Positions 36,803 through 50,745 of a stretch of DNA of 60,539 bases are shown here, piece by piece. The notes under the pieces were generated by a model, which made no database searches, was not told the DNA's origin, and worked only from the letters and a program-made list of their open reading frames with translations. Numbering within the stretch: position 1 is the first letter of the stretch; each line of letters starts with the position of its first letter. Made by a program: the position numbers and the translations under genes. The DNA is taken from positions 73,473,462-73,534,000 of the forward strand of contig NC_134472.1 in NCBI RefSeq assembly GCF_964194025.1, given 5' to 3'. Source of the stretch: Convolutriloba macropyga (taxonomy: Eukaryota).

Positions 36803-39311
36803 GATGGCACTTCAACCTTGGTTATGATAAATTAGATGAGTCATTGTAAAATCAAATACGCAATTCTGATTGGTTGAAACACTGAATGCGTTATGTTGGT
36901 TTTAGACTTAGCGCTGTTTTATTGTGAATGTCAAATATAGGTCAGCAACATTGTAGAACAGAATGGCACAGAGATACAATGATAGCTTCTGACATCAAGA
37001 TATGCAGTGTGTTCGGATCTAACAGAATTTTCCTGGAAAGAATCGGGTTTTATAAATCAGGTATAGTGAACATAACAGAGAAAAAAACATTGAACATTAA
37101 GTTCTCAATTTGAGTTTTCAGTTTAACTGTAAGGTCAACTTTTGACCTCGATTTTACTCATTTTTACTCAACAACATGCCTCATGATTGTTGAAATAACA
37201 ATTTAACTTTGCTTTCTTTTGACATGGAATAATTTCATAAGTTATCAAGAATCTTAGTTTGAAGTGGGAATTTTTTGATTCCGAGGTCGTCAACAGATTT
37301 GTTCTTGTATCAGGACACTAAACAGCATTATAGTATCTGAGAAACATTGAAAGAAGACTTCAAAATTTCAAATTTATGGAGCTTGAATTTTCTTCTGTTT
37401 TCTTCTAAATTAAAAACTTTGAAAAACTGTCTTTACCAAATTGCGAAAAATTTGATTAAGTTAAAAGTTGTTTCCCCATCGCTGATAATTTTTCAAGTTT
37501 TAACTTTCTAGGCGCGGTATTTTTGAAAATCATTTACGAATCTATAACTGCTGTGGCTTAAATATGCCGGGAAAAGCCATTGCAAATGTTGAAACAATTT
37601 TATTCAGATTTAATTGAGTGGTCCTAAAGTTAATTGTGCAGCCTATTTTTACATAAATTAAAAAAAACGTTAATCTCAATGTGAGAAGACACGGGATAAA
37701 AAATGCAACCTTACTTTTCTGCAACTTTTTGCTGTACTCTAAATTTGAAACTTAGTGCACAATGTGTGTTAACAATGGAACATAAGAGTGATCCCCCCAA
37801 AAAATAGAAAACATGTCACGGAAATTCTTGATAAGGTTCACAAATAACTGCCGAAAAAAACATCATTACTCTTTACTTGACTGCAGCTTGTAAACGCTTC
37901 AATAAGTTCTCCACACAGAGAGGTGAAAAAAACGTTTCTAATTTTGCGAACCTTACAATAATTAAACCACATCGTGCTGAGTACATAAATTTAGAATGAT
38001 TGCTTTTTTCCACACACATGTATTAAGATCAGGAAAGTAAGCGGGCGCGAAAAACGCTAACACGCTCAAACGTAATGATGGCAAGTGTATTGATTCTATT
38101 CCTTTGATCTCGTCGCCGACTCTGATCTAGTCCATTGATTTGGAGGGAATAGTCGCCAGTTTTGCATTGCGAATGTCGCTAAAATTAGCATCAAGGATTT
38201 AACGAATTTAGCTTTGATATGTTCACATTTTATCTGCAATGTTCGCTTTGCCAGTGATGCTAGCAAATAAGGTTTTCAAAACGTAATGAACAATACTTTC
38301 ATTTATTTGATAGTATTGTATCAAAATCGAAACTTCTCGCTGCAATTATCCATGCAACTATAATTAACTAGACTTCACATTTTACTCGTTTGAATTACAC
38401 TTATATTTTCTGGCTAAAATTGTTAATGCGAGCTACGTTGCAAGCGTAAATTTAGTTCACAAGGGTAATTAATAACACACTTATAAAAACAGGATGCCAT
38501 TTTTACTTACATTCGCATACAATACTGCATGCACGAATTTGCTTTCCTCAAATGCCGTCAAATAAACCGTGTTGATCGGTCGGGTTTTTAGGCTTTTCTT
38601 CATAGATAATAAAGATGAAGTTGCGTTCAGTCAACACAAGTAACTTAAAACACGACTGTAAAAGTTTCAAAATGGTACTAACCGACTTCCAATTGAGTTA
38701 CTCGATGAATTCAAGCCGGATATAAGAGCAATCATTGCACAGAAAACAAACTAGTAAATAGATATCACAATAAAATTAGTTAAATTTTGCTTTTGATATT
38801 TTTTTGTCTCCAATCTCTTCTCGGACGGCTGAGCGAATTATACTTTTCTCCCGAACTTCATAACGGCAGGCCAAAGAAAAACTGACTAAAAAACAAACTG
38901 GTCTGAATCCAGATCTAAATAAAAACTCTAACTTTGCAACCGCTTCAAATATAATCTCAACAAATGCTCGAAATATGCTAGGATTTTGCGCAAAAATGTT
39001 TAGCATACTCGGCATACTAAAAAATTGCATTTTTTGAGTTGAAATTTAATTTTTGATGCATTTTGAATTTATTCCAATAACCAACCACTAAACAGTGATT
39101 ACAAACCTGAGAGCAAGTACTGAAGAGCGATCTTACTGTAGCTCATTGTAGAATTTTCCTATCAAGAATGGTACCAATTGAAACTCATAATATTTCTTTT
39201 CAAATTATCGCTCCTCAGCATACTTACAGAAATAACTAGACAAATATTCGAACACAGAACTTTTTCCATTGCAACCCAAGATAATTAAAAAAAACATTTA
39301 ACAAGATTTTG

Positions 39312-39481
39312 GGATCTATTCTGTTTCGGTCCTCTAGGGTGTTTTACACCCCCCAGTTACAAATTATATGTTGTTATATAGCACGTTACTATGTAAGAAA
39401 ATAGCACGTGCGCCTTGGGGCGTAAAAATATATACCTACTATGCTGGGGGGGGGGGGGGGGGGGCGAAACATAATGGATCC
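39312..39481. mobile_element. MITE, GGATC-terminus family, 8-bp TSD agattttg
   Basis: agattttg at 39304-39311 and 39482-39489; ggatc...gatcc ends. Confidence 0.9.
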
Positions 39482-42400
39482 AGATTTTGAAACATTCGTT
39501 CAACAATTCTAGAAAATCGGGACCCTAAAAAATCGGGAACTTTAGCGGCTTGCTTCAACATCTTTTTCCTTGGGTTCAATTTTTCATTCTTATATTTGTT
39601 CTCATTTTTCCCTCCTTTTTAGCCCTTATAATTGCCACTGCGATTGGCAAATACATGTGAGATCCCATTTTTTCCAATTGGAACAGCGGGGAACTGGGAA
39701 AACTGGGAAAACTTTGGCAAGTTAAACAAGATTTTCAGAAAAAAAATTCCGGAAAAAATAAATTTTGAAACGATAAACGTTGAAAACGGGAAAAGTGAAT
39801 CCCGTTAATTTTTGCATTTTTTGGTGACACGCAAGATCAAGAGGGAAACCAGGTAATCTTCTAAATTTTGTTTGATTGTGAATTAAAATTTTGTGGTGGG
39901 CGTCTGCTTACTCTGCTTCAGTTTTGATTTCCATTGAAGTTCTTTTTCTCACCTTCTCCTTTTCTGTTAAATTTTTGTTTTGCTTTTAAAATTTAAGTCG
40001 GGTTGCTGACACACATTTGGTTGTGAATGATCAATCATTTCGGTTCAGCTACTAGTTGCAATCGCAATCTTCTGGTCACTTTCACGACTACGGATCTGCA
40101 ATTTTTAAAGTAGTCCCCTGATTTTGATAATTATAATATGGGTGGTTTCTGAAAAGCCTACCAGTACAGTCTAATTTTGACATAATTTTACACACTCGGT
40201 AAACACAGAAAGTTACCGAACCCAACCACCGCCCTTCCCCCTCTATTTCCTGGACCAAATCCCTAGACTCTTATCTAGCAAAATCTTACAGGGTTTTTGC
40301 AAATGACGCTTAGATTTCAAGAGCTGGCAAGATTTTTGGAAATGACGCTAGCAAAACGACCTTGCAAGGTTCTAGTCGACCTATATACCAAAATTTGAGC
40401 GTGTCGGTCTTTTACTTGTGTGCAAAAAACAGAGATGTCGCCGAGTATCTAAACTCGAGCAAATGTGCTTTTTGTCATGTAGAAAATGTAACTTTTTTTC
40501 AAGAATTTCTAAAATCTTTATGAAATTCCCACTGAAACAGATACAATATTTCACCAAAATAAATAACTGATGCTTCCGAAAACTCTGAGCAGGAAAACAG
40601 TAATGACTTCCTTTTGTGACTATTTTGATTTGTTGTTCCAAAATTTTGCGAGGCTGACTATTTTGTTGTATATGCGAGGCTGACTTTTTTTTCTCTCCGG
40701 CCGAATTTTCCTTTTTGTTTACGCATCATTGTAAAAAATCAAACATTTTTTTGTAGCCTTTAGACGCTATTTTTCAAAACAAAGAAACCATAAATTTTAG
40801 GTTGAAACCATAAATTAACAAAAACTTGAAGAAAGGAAAAAAGAAAAAGCAAAAGAATTGGGGGAATTTTTTTCAAAAATGTCAAAGTATTTGTGTTGTG
40901 ACTTGATAAAATTTGTATTATTAAATACGCTGTATTTTAAATATTCAGAACAGTGTTTCAAAAATTGTTTTTACAAAATTGAAAAACTTCATAATATTTT
41001 TGAGGTTTCTCGGCTGTTTGTTATAAAATGTTGTTTCTGTGCGAAAAATGGCGCAAAGAAGATAGTATTTGTTACTATATTTGGCCAGTTTTATAGGATT
41101 TTAGTTTTTTTCCAAAAATAGAAAAATTATTGAGCCTGAAATGGACGGCCAAATGCTGGGTGAGCTGTTTGATGGCTTCAAATGAATTTTTCTAATTTTT
41201 AATATTGATATTTTTTATTTTCCTACATTTTTTTATTCATTTTTTAAGCTTTGTTAGTCTTTTTGGTAAGTACAATGTTTCCCTTTTAATTTTGTTTACC
41301 TTTTTATCAAATTTTTTGGTTCGCATAAATCACGATTTTTTTGTTTCATTTCTAAATCACTGTTTCTGCTGTAAAGAATTCAAAATCAATCACTCAATAA
41401 CTTACGGAATATGTGGTTACGGTGAAAGTGAAAGGAGCGAAGTAAACAGAAACGGTCTACCAATCAAGCTCGTTCCTTGAGTCTTGGTACATTAAGTGAC
41501 CGAGTTTCTTTTGAGCAATTTCTTGCTGATATTAAGTGTAAGCTAAATAGCTTTCGGCTTGAACGCTGAACTTAGAATAATTACAGAAAGTGACTGAAAA
41601 TTTATCACTAATTCTATCTCACCTTTATTCTTAGTTTTCAACTGCATTCTGTGTCAAGTGGACAGTGGGCGGATATTTTGCGGCAATTTTGGCTATGATA
41701 AATTTTTGTTTAAAAACAAGAAATGAAGTTTTTTTACCGTTATAAATAAACCTGTACTCAAAATTAAAAAAGGAATAAAAACACTTCCTTAAAAATTTTT
41801 GCGGGCTCTTTCTCTTAGTTGTTTTTTGAGCTGTCTAAATGAAAATTTTCTTGATAAACAGTTCAACAGTTTTCCAATGCCAAAAAAATTTATAAAACTT
41901 TGATTTCGAAAAATTTTAAAAACAAGTACTTAAGAATTTGTGTCTTCATTTTCTCTTTGAACTCGCAACCTAATTTTTGAAAAATTATAAAGTCTTTTAG
42001 CTGTTTTGCTCTTGAATGGTTTGCTTGAAATTGAAGTCTATTGAACAACTCTTAAATTTCTGATCTAAACTTAAAAATGGGAAATAATTCTTCTGGAGAA
42101 CGAGAAAAAGTCTATTTAAAAAAGAAATATTTCGTTCATTTTTGTGCTGACTTCTCTGTTATCATTTACAAATCATGCTGTGGGCTAATAGGCATCTCTC
42201 TTACGCAGATAAAACAATTTAACAGAAGCATTAATTAAGAATTATTATATTTTCTTTGAACAAATATAAAGATCAAACAACTTCTTTTGTCAATTTCTAT
42301 GGGCACTGACAAGGAGTGTATATCCAATAGTTCACTTAAAAAATTTAAAAAATGATATTTTAGAGTTGAACAAATGCGTGCGATACTTGTGAGAGGAACA

Positions 42401-44574
42401 AAAGGAAATCTATTCTTTGGAGAGAACAGAAAAACGCTCCTTTTCCACTTTCTAATTTTTTTAATTGTTCCACACACATTTGCTGTTTTGGAATTTTGAT
42501 GTTTAACCATCAATTAAATTGAAATCGCCTGATAATATTACTTGTTTAAAACCTATAATTCATCACTAGTCTACTTTTGCTGTCATTAAGAAGCAAAAAT
42601 ACTCAAATCAGGAAAACTTTGGTAAAAAATTTAGTTTCCTTGTAAAAATCTATTATGTTACCCTAAATCTTCGTGATAATTGTTACGACGTTTATATTTA
42701 ATAATTGTTTTTTAATTTGTTTTTTGTGTAAGAGAAAAATAACTAATCGAGGAAAGAGTGAAAGATATAAATTTTTTATTTTTCATAATTTTGAATTTAA
42801 CGACTAAAATTGCAATATCCATCGCAAAAGATATCGCCTTGGATATCGCAATTTGATGCATGCGATATCCATCTGAACTCATATTGATTAGCAATCTAAT
42901 TAGTCTGATGTTCTATTTAACAAAATTTTTTTGGAAGAATTTCAATGTTTTTAATTCAATTAATAGATAAGGTATATTTTTTGCTCCAGTTCTTTTTTGA
43001 GGCATAATTTTTTTCCCGAAAATGTAATTCAGGTAGTTAATGGTTCCCTCGGACTGCTATTTGAGTAGATTGGAAAATTGAAATAACATCAGAAACAATA
43101 AACTGGGGTATAACAAAAACCTTTTTCAACACTGCTCCTTTCTTATCTAATGATTAGTTTACTTTTAAACATACTTTCTACCTCCAATCTAAAACTCGTT
43201 CAACCATGAAATCAGAATACATCACCGGCCATTTGTATGAGTTAATTGATATACAAAATCATCAGTTTTTGAACTAGAAAAAGAATCTACTTTGGATTTG
43301 TAACGTAAAACTTTGAATTTTTTTCTGGTTTACAATAAAAGTGTGCAATTATAGGAACCCTGAACTCCAAAAAAGTTTGATATTACTTTATTGCCAAAAA
43401 GGGAACTTGGAATAATAGTTGACTTCGATTTTTTGTTTCTTTCGTTATTTATAAACTTTCATCAGGTGCTCTTTTTGAGCTTTAAGTCTATGAAAATCAG
43501 TTATTCGTTGCAAAATAATTGATTATGGAATTCGTTTTGCTTCTGGTAAAATTTTATTAATTTGAAGATTCTTATATATCTTTTTTCGCAAAATAAATAA
43601 CGTACGCAAAGCTGCTGCGGAAAATTGACAGTAGAGAAATCTTTTCAACAAGAACAGTTAAATGTTTTGACAACCTTGAGACGTATGCTGGAACAGTCTG
43701 TTCTACAAACAGTCTCGCGCGAGTGGTCTTGTTTATATAAACCAACAAAATATTTAATAATAACAACAATGCGATATTTTCTTCAATTATTTACTGATGG
43801 CTGCACTTAAATTTGTTTATTTGTTTACACACTGACAAGTGATTTGGATAACAATGGAAGCTTCTCCATGAACTCTACAGGAGACTAAAAACTCCAATTT
43901 TTATTTTTTTAATCATATTTAATACCTCCTAGCAGCTCAATTTAGCCAGATCAAACTATTGTTTTAAATCGGCCACGTTCCTTTCAATGACAACGTCGCG
44001 TTTTAGAAATCGCAATTTCTTTTAGTAAATAGTAATTATTCTGCGAATATTAACATATTCTGCGAAAGCACGCTTGGTTTGCGTGGAATGGGTTTCAACT
44101 CCTGTTCAACTTTTTTGTAGTGGAATGACTAATAATATATCTGGTACGAACAAGAGTTGATCGGGCTTTATTTCTTGTCGCAAGACTTGAAAGAATGGCT
44201 TAGCGCTAATTGGCTGCGAGGCATGACTCTATAACAGTTGCCCTCGACGAAGCGCCCATGGAATTTTTACGGGAGGCCATTAGGGTTTTCACAGTAACTT
44301 CGATTGCTTTAAGCAATTTCGATCGACTTAAAGCAATTTTTGCAAAAACTCAAAATTGCACTTGCTTTAAATTGAGAAATTAAATTCAAGAATTCCTGTC
44401 ATCAGTCTTCTTGCTGTCTATACAAATTATAGTCAAAATATATTTTGGTTTCATTTTTTTATTTTGCTAAAATTTGCCGCAACAAAAAGACCTTCACAAA
44501 GTTTTTCACACAAGCTTTTTTATGTCGGGAATTATCACTATTTGAAAATGAGAATTTGAGCAATCTTTTGATCT

Positions 44575-45695
44575 TTTCTTTTTTCGCTCTCCAATTTTTT
44601 AGGCCCCCAGTTACAAATTATATGTTGTTATATAACACGTTACTATGTAAAAAATGGCACGTTTTCCTGAGAGGGGGTAAAAATATAAGCCCATTAGAAT
44701 AGATCCCAAAGTTACGAGTTCTAGGTATGATTGCCAATGAACCGCAAATTGTGATTCTTCCAGCAGTGTGTGAAATCGATGATAGACACACAAAAATTGA
44801 ACTTCAACCCCAACTTTGCTTAATGGAATATTTTAGTACTTACTTTTTTTCATGAAACGGCCACCTTTGCAACAATCTGCATAAGTGTCAGCTGGCCTTT
44901 CCATGATTTAAGTTGAATGAAAATTCAATATTTTGTCCGCTCATTTATCTCATCAGATTGTTTTACTGAGCTATTCACTTTTGAAGAACACATCACGGCT
45001 CAAGATTCTGAACCAGATATGTCTGATTGTTCAAAACTTTCCAATTTGGTCTTCAACCAGAGTTTTGATTGTAGCTGAAAAAATTCAGCTTTTGGAGCCC
45101 ATAATTCATTGTTTATTGAATGATTCACAATTACTGATCAAAGTTTGGATATGATTGGTTTGAAAAATTTCAATACTGAAAAAATTTGTTGTTTAATTTC
45201 CAACTTTCATTTTTGACTAGAGCCCAGATGTAACCTTCAATTTTAAATAAATAATTCCAGATAGCCAATTTGATCTTATATATTTCTGTGATACATATGG
45301 ATACCTAAATATATATCGAAACCTTTATGTGTACTAAATTATTTACCCTCTATATCTATAATTATATCATGTGTTTTATAAACTAAAAGTTATGACTTCT
45401 ATTTATTCACCTATATTAATATTCCCGTTAGTCTACTAAATTATTTCATATTTTGTTCATATCAGTTTATTATTAGTAATCATAATCTCAGTTAGTCAAT
45501 CTGAATTCAAGTTACTCTGCGAACGCTCTTCATAATCCTAAGTTAATCTTAGCAGTGGATCCGCGTCGCGTTTCCAATAAACATAATTCACGATACACTA
45601 TTAGTTGTGTATTTGGCCAGCACTTGCTACTCAATTCATAAGACAAAGCATTCGCACAGCGAATCCTAAACTGTTCAGTAATAAAAGATATAACA
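44575..45695 (+). repeat. 1121-bp direct repeat, copy 1 (712 bp of host flank + 5' LTR)
   Basis: Matches 50746-51866 at offset 6171; identical spurious ORFs at 44611/50782 and 44933/51104. Confidence 0.95.
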
Positions 45696-48600
45696 TGGCG
45701 CAGTCAGCGACAAAGGACAGCGGCAAATCCCCACTTGGAATTCAACCCTTTTGGGAAAAGGCGACATTAGAACCCCCAATTCGCTGGGAGTTTTGGAGAA
45801 TACAATTGAAACTCGCAATCCTCGCTAGAGAGGGAATTGAAGTGGACCTTCTCTTGGTAGACCCTCCAGAACATGTTCTCTTACCTCCTGAACCAGCATA
45901 TGAGGATGCAGTGGACAACCCGACGGCACAATCAGAACGAGATCGACGTACCCGCAATGAGCAGGCAAAAACAGCGTGGAAAAACCAATGTCAACGTGTC
46001 ATGACAGTCGGCGTACTTTGTGGTGACAAACCATGGAAGTTATGTGATCGAAAAGCATCCTCTCTGATGTACTTGAGCTTAGGCATGGAAGGGCGTTGTG
46101 TATTCAACTCAAAAAATTCAACCATCAACCTCGAAACAATCTCAACGAAGGATCTTTGGGACGTTCTAAATACAACCTTCTTTCGGATCCATAATATAAC
46201 CTTCGATAGATACCTCTTCCTCACACGAAAACAACAAAAGGGAGAACCTATTGAGAAGTTCTATGGACATCTCAAAGAACTTTCGGAAAACTGTGATCTC
46301 GGAGATAAAGGGGACACTATCATCCGGGATGTCTTTATCGCGAATATGCAAAAAGAAGACATTCAGAAGGAACTTCTTAAAGAAACAGTAGACCCGGAAA
46401 AAGCATTGGCAATAGCAATTAATATTGAGATGGGTACACTCAACCAACTAAAAATGAACGCAAGCAAAACCGAGTCACAGTCAACGGTTAACCAAGTACA
46501 ACGGACACGTATCGCGAATGCTACCCCTTTCTCCAATATGAATACAACCGCACGGAAAAAGCCTACAACCTGTCATTTCTGTGGATCTAATTGGACCTCC
46601 GACCACCGCGTAATAAATGTCCCGCTCGGGGAAAAAGAGGCAATAACTGTGGTATTGACAACCACTTCGCAAAGGTTTGTCGCAAACCTAAAGATCCCAA
46701 TTCGTACCCAAAACCTAGACCGCGGGTCAATAACGTAGAAAAAGACGATCAAAATGAAGATGTCAATCAAATTTCGGCCAATTTTGATCCCGATTTGGAG
46801 TCAAACTATTCTTCAGATGAAGATAACTGTGTAGCAGTAATAACTTCAACAGATTCCGCAACTTCGGTGGACGCAACCAATCTCCCTGTAACTCTCGGCA
46901 ATACACTAACAAAGGTTTTGGTGGATTCGGGCAGCGTATGTACAATAATAAATGAAACCTTGGCGAACTCAATCATTTCCCATGACCCAAAATCAAAGTG
47001 GATACGCGAAGCGAATCCTAAACAATTGAAAACATTTTCAAATGAACCTATTCATACGGTGGGCATCCTCCAAACTTCCATTCAAAGCAGCAATTGGTAC
47101 GCGAATCCAATCGAAATTCAAGTAGTGGCGGACGGACATCGTTCTCTATTGGGTAGAGATTTGTTTCCAGCTCTTGGACTTTCAATACATCAATCAAGTA
47201 ATCAAGTAACAGTCAATCAGTTAGATCAAGAATATTGCCCAATCAAAAAACAGATTGCTATTGGTTACCCCGACTTAATCTCCAGAATTGGTAAGTCCAA
47301 AGTACATACAGTTCGTTCAAAATTCCACAAACAATATACCCCATCACATCAAAAAGGCCGCCGTGTTCCTATAAATTTATTAGACAAAGTATCCGCTGAA
47401 CTAAAGAAACTTTCTGAACAAGGACACATTGAAAAATTACAAGAATGTTCGGATAAAAACTTCATTTTTCCCATTGTAATTACGGTCAAAAAGGACAAAT
47501 CTGTAAAATTAGCTCTTGATTCGAAAATATTAAACAAAGCGATCCACAAAAACAAGTATCAAATGCCAAACATAGATAGTCTCATCGATTCAATTTCACA
47601 ACATATTAATAACTCAAATCTGGGAGATAATGTCTATTTTTCAACAATCGATCTAAAATATGCCTATAGCCAATTAAAGCTGCATCCAGATACTGCACGT
47701 CATTGTAATTTTAATATCATTTGCGGCGAAGCAACGGGTACGTATCGTTTTAAAACGGGATTTTATGGCCTTACAGATATGCCGGCCGAGTTTCAAAAGG
47801 CAATGGATTATACATTGGTTGGGCTGACTAACACATACTGTTTTCTGGATGACATAATCGTAGTTAGCAAAAGCACCCAGGAATCGCACCTCAAATACGT
47901 ATACAAATGTCTCCAAAAACTTGAAGCAGATAACCTTAGAACTAATTTAAGCAAATGCCACTTCGCAAAACATCAAATAAATTGGCTTGGCTTTACATTC
48001 TCACAAAGTGGTGTTAAACCTATCGAATCTAAAACAGCGACAATTGCGGAAATTAAAGCCCCAAAAACATTGAAACAATTACGGTCATTTTTAGGTAGCG
48101 TTCATCATCTAAGCAAATTTATACCTAATCTTGCCAAAATATGCCACCCTCTTCGACCTTTACTAAAGAAAAACGAAAAATTTATTTGGAATGAGAATCA
48201 TCAATTACATTTTGAACATTAAAACATTCAAAACATTAGAACATTGAACATTCAAAACTGTTATTGCAAACGCTACGGAAAATACTCATTTTAATCCAAC
48301 ACTGGAAACACGCATCAAATGTGATGCATCCCGCCAAGGTTTAGACGCTGCACTCGAACAATTAGATTGTGAAGGGTGGAAAACAATAGCTTTTGCATCT
48401 CGTTTTCTTAATAGCAATGAAGAACGTTATAGTGTAAATGAACTCGAATTACTTGGGGTGGTTTGGGCTATTGAATATTTTAAATATTATCTATTTGGGA
48501 AAACTTTCACAGTTTTAACAGATCACAAAGCACTTCTTTCAGTCTTAAAATCACACCGCTCTAATAAATCTTACAACAGTAGATTAACACGATGGATTGA

Positions 48601-48700
48601 CCGTTTGTTACCATTTGATTTTAAAATTGAAGATATTCCTGGTACCCGAATGGGCTTGGTTGATTATATTTCGCGACAATCAAATCAGATTGCTAAAAGT
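45695..48700 (+). pseudogene. gag-protease-RT-RNase H, frameshifted
   Basis: Gag MAQSAT..; zinc knuckles CHFCG..H / CPARGK..NCGIDNHFAKVC split by a frameshift near 46610; protease LVDSGS; RT YCFLDDII; an aacatt micro-duplication at ~48214-48255 introduces a stop; RNase H motifs CDAS, NELELLGVVWA, TDHKAL. Confidence 0.9.
45696..45708 (+). promoter_or_regulatory. Primer-binding site, probably tRNA-Ser
   Basis: tggcgcagtcagc directly follows the LTR-terminal CA and is complementary to a ...GCUGACUGCG-CCA tRNA-Ser-type 3' end (recalled, not searched). Confidence 0.7.
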
Positions 48701-49249
48701 GTCAATCAATACGACGAGGAATTTATGGTAGCAACAATTTCCCGTATCCGCGACGCGATTACATCTTTATTTAGTAATGCAAATAAAATTCCTTTCCAAA
48801 AGCGGCGCATAACTAGTAATTATAAGCAACAAGTATACCCGACGCGAGTCCACTCTTGCAAACCTGCTAAAATTAGCGCGCATAATTCAAATGCCTCAAT
48901 TAGTCCATTCATTCCTCGAGCACAAGTAAACAATTACAATTCTGAATTCATTTCTAACTTTAATTGCCGTGCAAATCAATTGCTTCAATCTGATACCACA
49001 CTCGCATCGCGAATCCAGTCGCAAAATTCTAATTGCCATTTGATAGCTAGCTCCACACAGCAAGTACTTCATATCAACATGTCAGCAAAAGAGGCACCAC
49101 AAAACAATCCATCAACTTCACCACACACCCCAAGAGTGACATTTCGCACCCAATCCACCCCCATCTCATCTACCAGAGCCGGACCCAGTAACACCCAAGC
49201 ATCATCATCACCCGAGGAATATGACATCGAGCTCTCTCGGGAAGAGGTA

Positions 49250-50668
49250 TTTGAAAACAACCTCAACCAGCTCTTCAATAAATCTTTCCTGGCGGTACTC
49301 ACGAGCAAAGACGCGGTGTTGAAAGAGATCCGGGATTGTGTAATGCAGGATGGCGAGGCCCGCTGTAAAGAAGTGAGCACATACATCCACTCCTTTTGGA
49401 AGGATCTACACGTGAAATCTGGGTGTCTGTGTGTTGACCAACGCGTGGCCATTCCGAACTCTATTAAGGAGGCGGTGCTCGAATCCATCCACATGACGCA
49501 CCCGGGTAGTTGGGGGATGATATCTCTCTCCCAATATGCATGGTGACCCTACATGCATAGGGAAATTTTAGCAAAAACATCTGATTGCGTCCCGTGTACG
49601 GATACTGATGCTGAGACAGTTTCTGTGGAGGATTTGCTGGACGAAAATGGATGGATCAGTGCCAACAGAAGTGACATTGAGATAGAGCAGAAGATGTGCC
49701 AGGCCTCCTTAGACGCAGGACAACGCTATCGGGAGTCCGACAATAAAGAGTCCCGTTTTATAACTCATCCGCAGATCACAGACCCTATCCCCAGGACAGA
49801 ACAGTCCCTTAATGTCAAACTGGCTCGAAAATTACCACAAAAGAAACGGGCAAAAAGACAACTGACGGGTCTGTACGAAGTGCTAAAGCCTGGATCCTTC
49901 GTCACCAAGTCGTCACCAACAACGACGATAATCAATGAGCCTGGCAGAACCCCAGTGAAAGTCCGAGATAGTGATCTCGCAAAATTTGGGACTAAAGCAG
50001 AAAGATCCACCAACTTGTGGGTATATGCCCAGCGACGCCCTGCCCCTTACGAAAAAACCACAGAATTTAAGATCGCGAAGCATAGTAACGATCTTAAGAA
50101 ACAGAAGAGGGGCAAAATCAAAATCAGACATCGCCAACGTGATACTACATCAGTAGTATCATCTGTGAATTCGAAAGTATCGCGTGCACTAACGGTCAGC
50201 AAGCCGAATAAACCACAATTCAAAAGACGCCCTAATGTCCCCACAGCTGATATCCAAGAAGACGTACCAACTCAAAACCAGCCCCTCATTTCGATTGTAC
50301 CGGCCCCACCTACACCTGCATCACAAGTACCCTCCGCACAGACACAGGACGACCAAACAAAAGGCCGCAAGCGCAATCGACCCCAAGTCTATGGCTTCAC
50401 AGATGCCGACATTTCTCCTACAAGTTCTCTGGCTTCAACAAGTTCTGCTCAACCAAAGAAGCGCAAGAATAAAAAAGAGAAGAAACGACCAAAACAGTCA
50501 GATTCGGTGGTAGCCCTCATCCAAACGGCGGAACAATCTAGAATCCCGTCACCTCACCGACCCGACTTACAGTTGGGACAAGTTTCACCACCGGACCCCA
50601 GAGTTCGATATTTTGAATATGAGCAAGAACGAGAAATATCGGTTTGGGATGCCGAAAATGAAATTTAA
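49250..50668 (+). pseudogene. Integrase remnant: zinc-binding HHCC region present, DDE core deleted, long C-terminal tail
   Basis: RVAIPNSIKEAVLESIHMTHPG..YAW*..REILAKTSDCVPC is followed directly by TDTDAETVS... with no DD35E core. Stop TGA at 49544-49546. Confidence 0.8.
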
Positions 50669-50745
50669 ATCCAAAAACTCAGCAAAACTGTTTTAAACTA
50701 CATTCATTTATTTAGACAAACTTAGACTCTAGATAAACTTAGACA

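Noticed and set aside
36900-44570. Scattered short ORFs in AT-rich DNA
   Set aside because: No recognisable motifs or convincing exon chain, although small host exons cannot be excluded by eye.
44575-45695. 1121-bp LTR
   Set aside because: No TG start and no TSD at the outer boundary; TG..CA and the atttc TSD define a 409-bp LTR.
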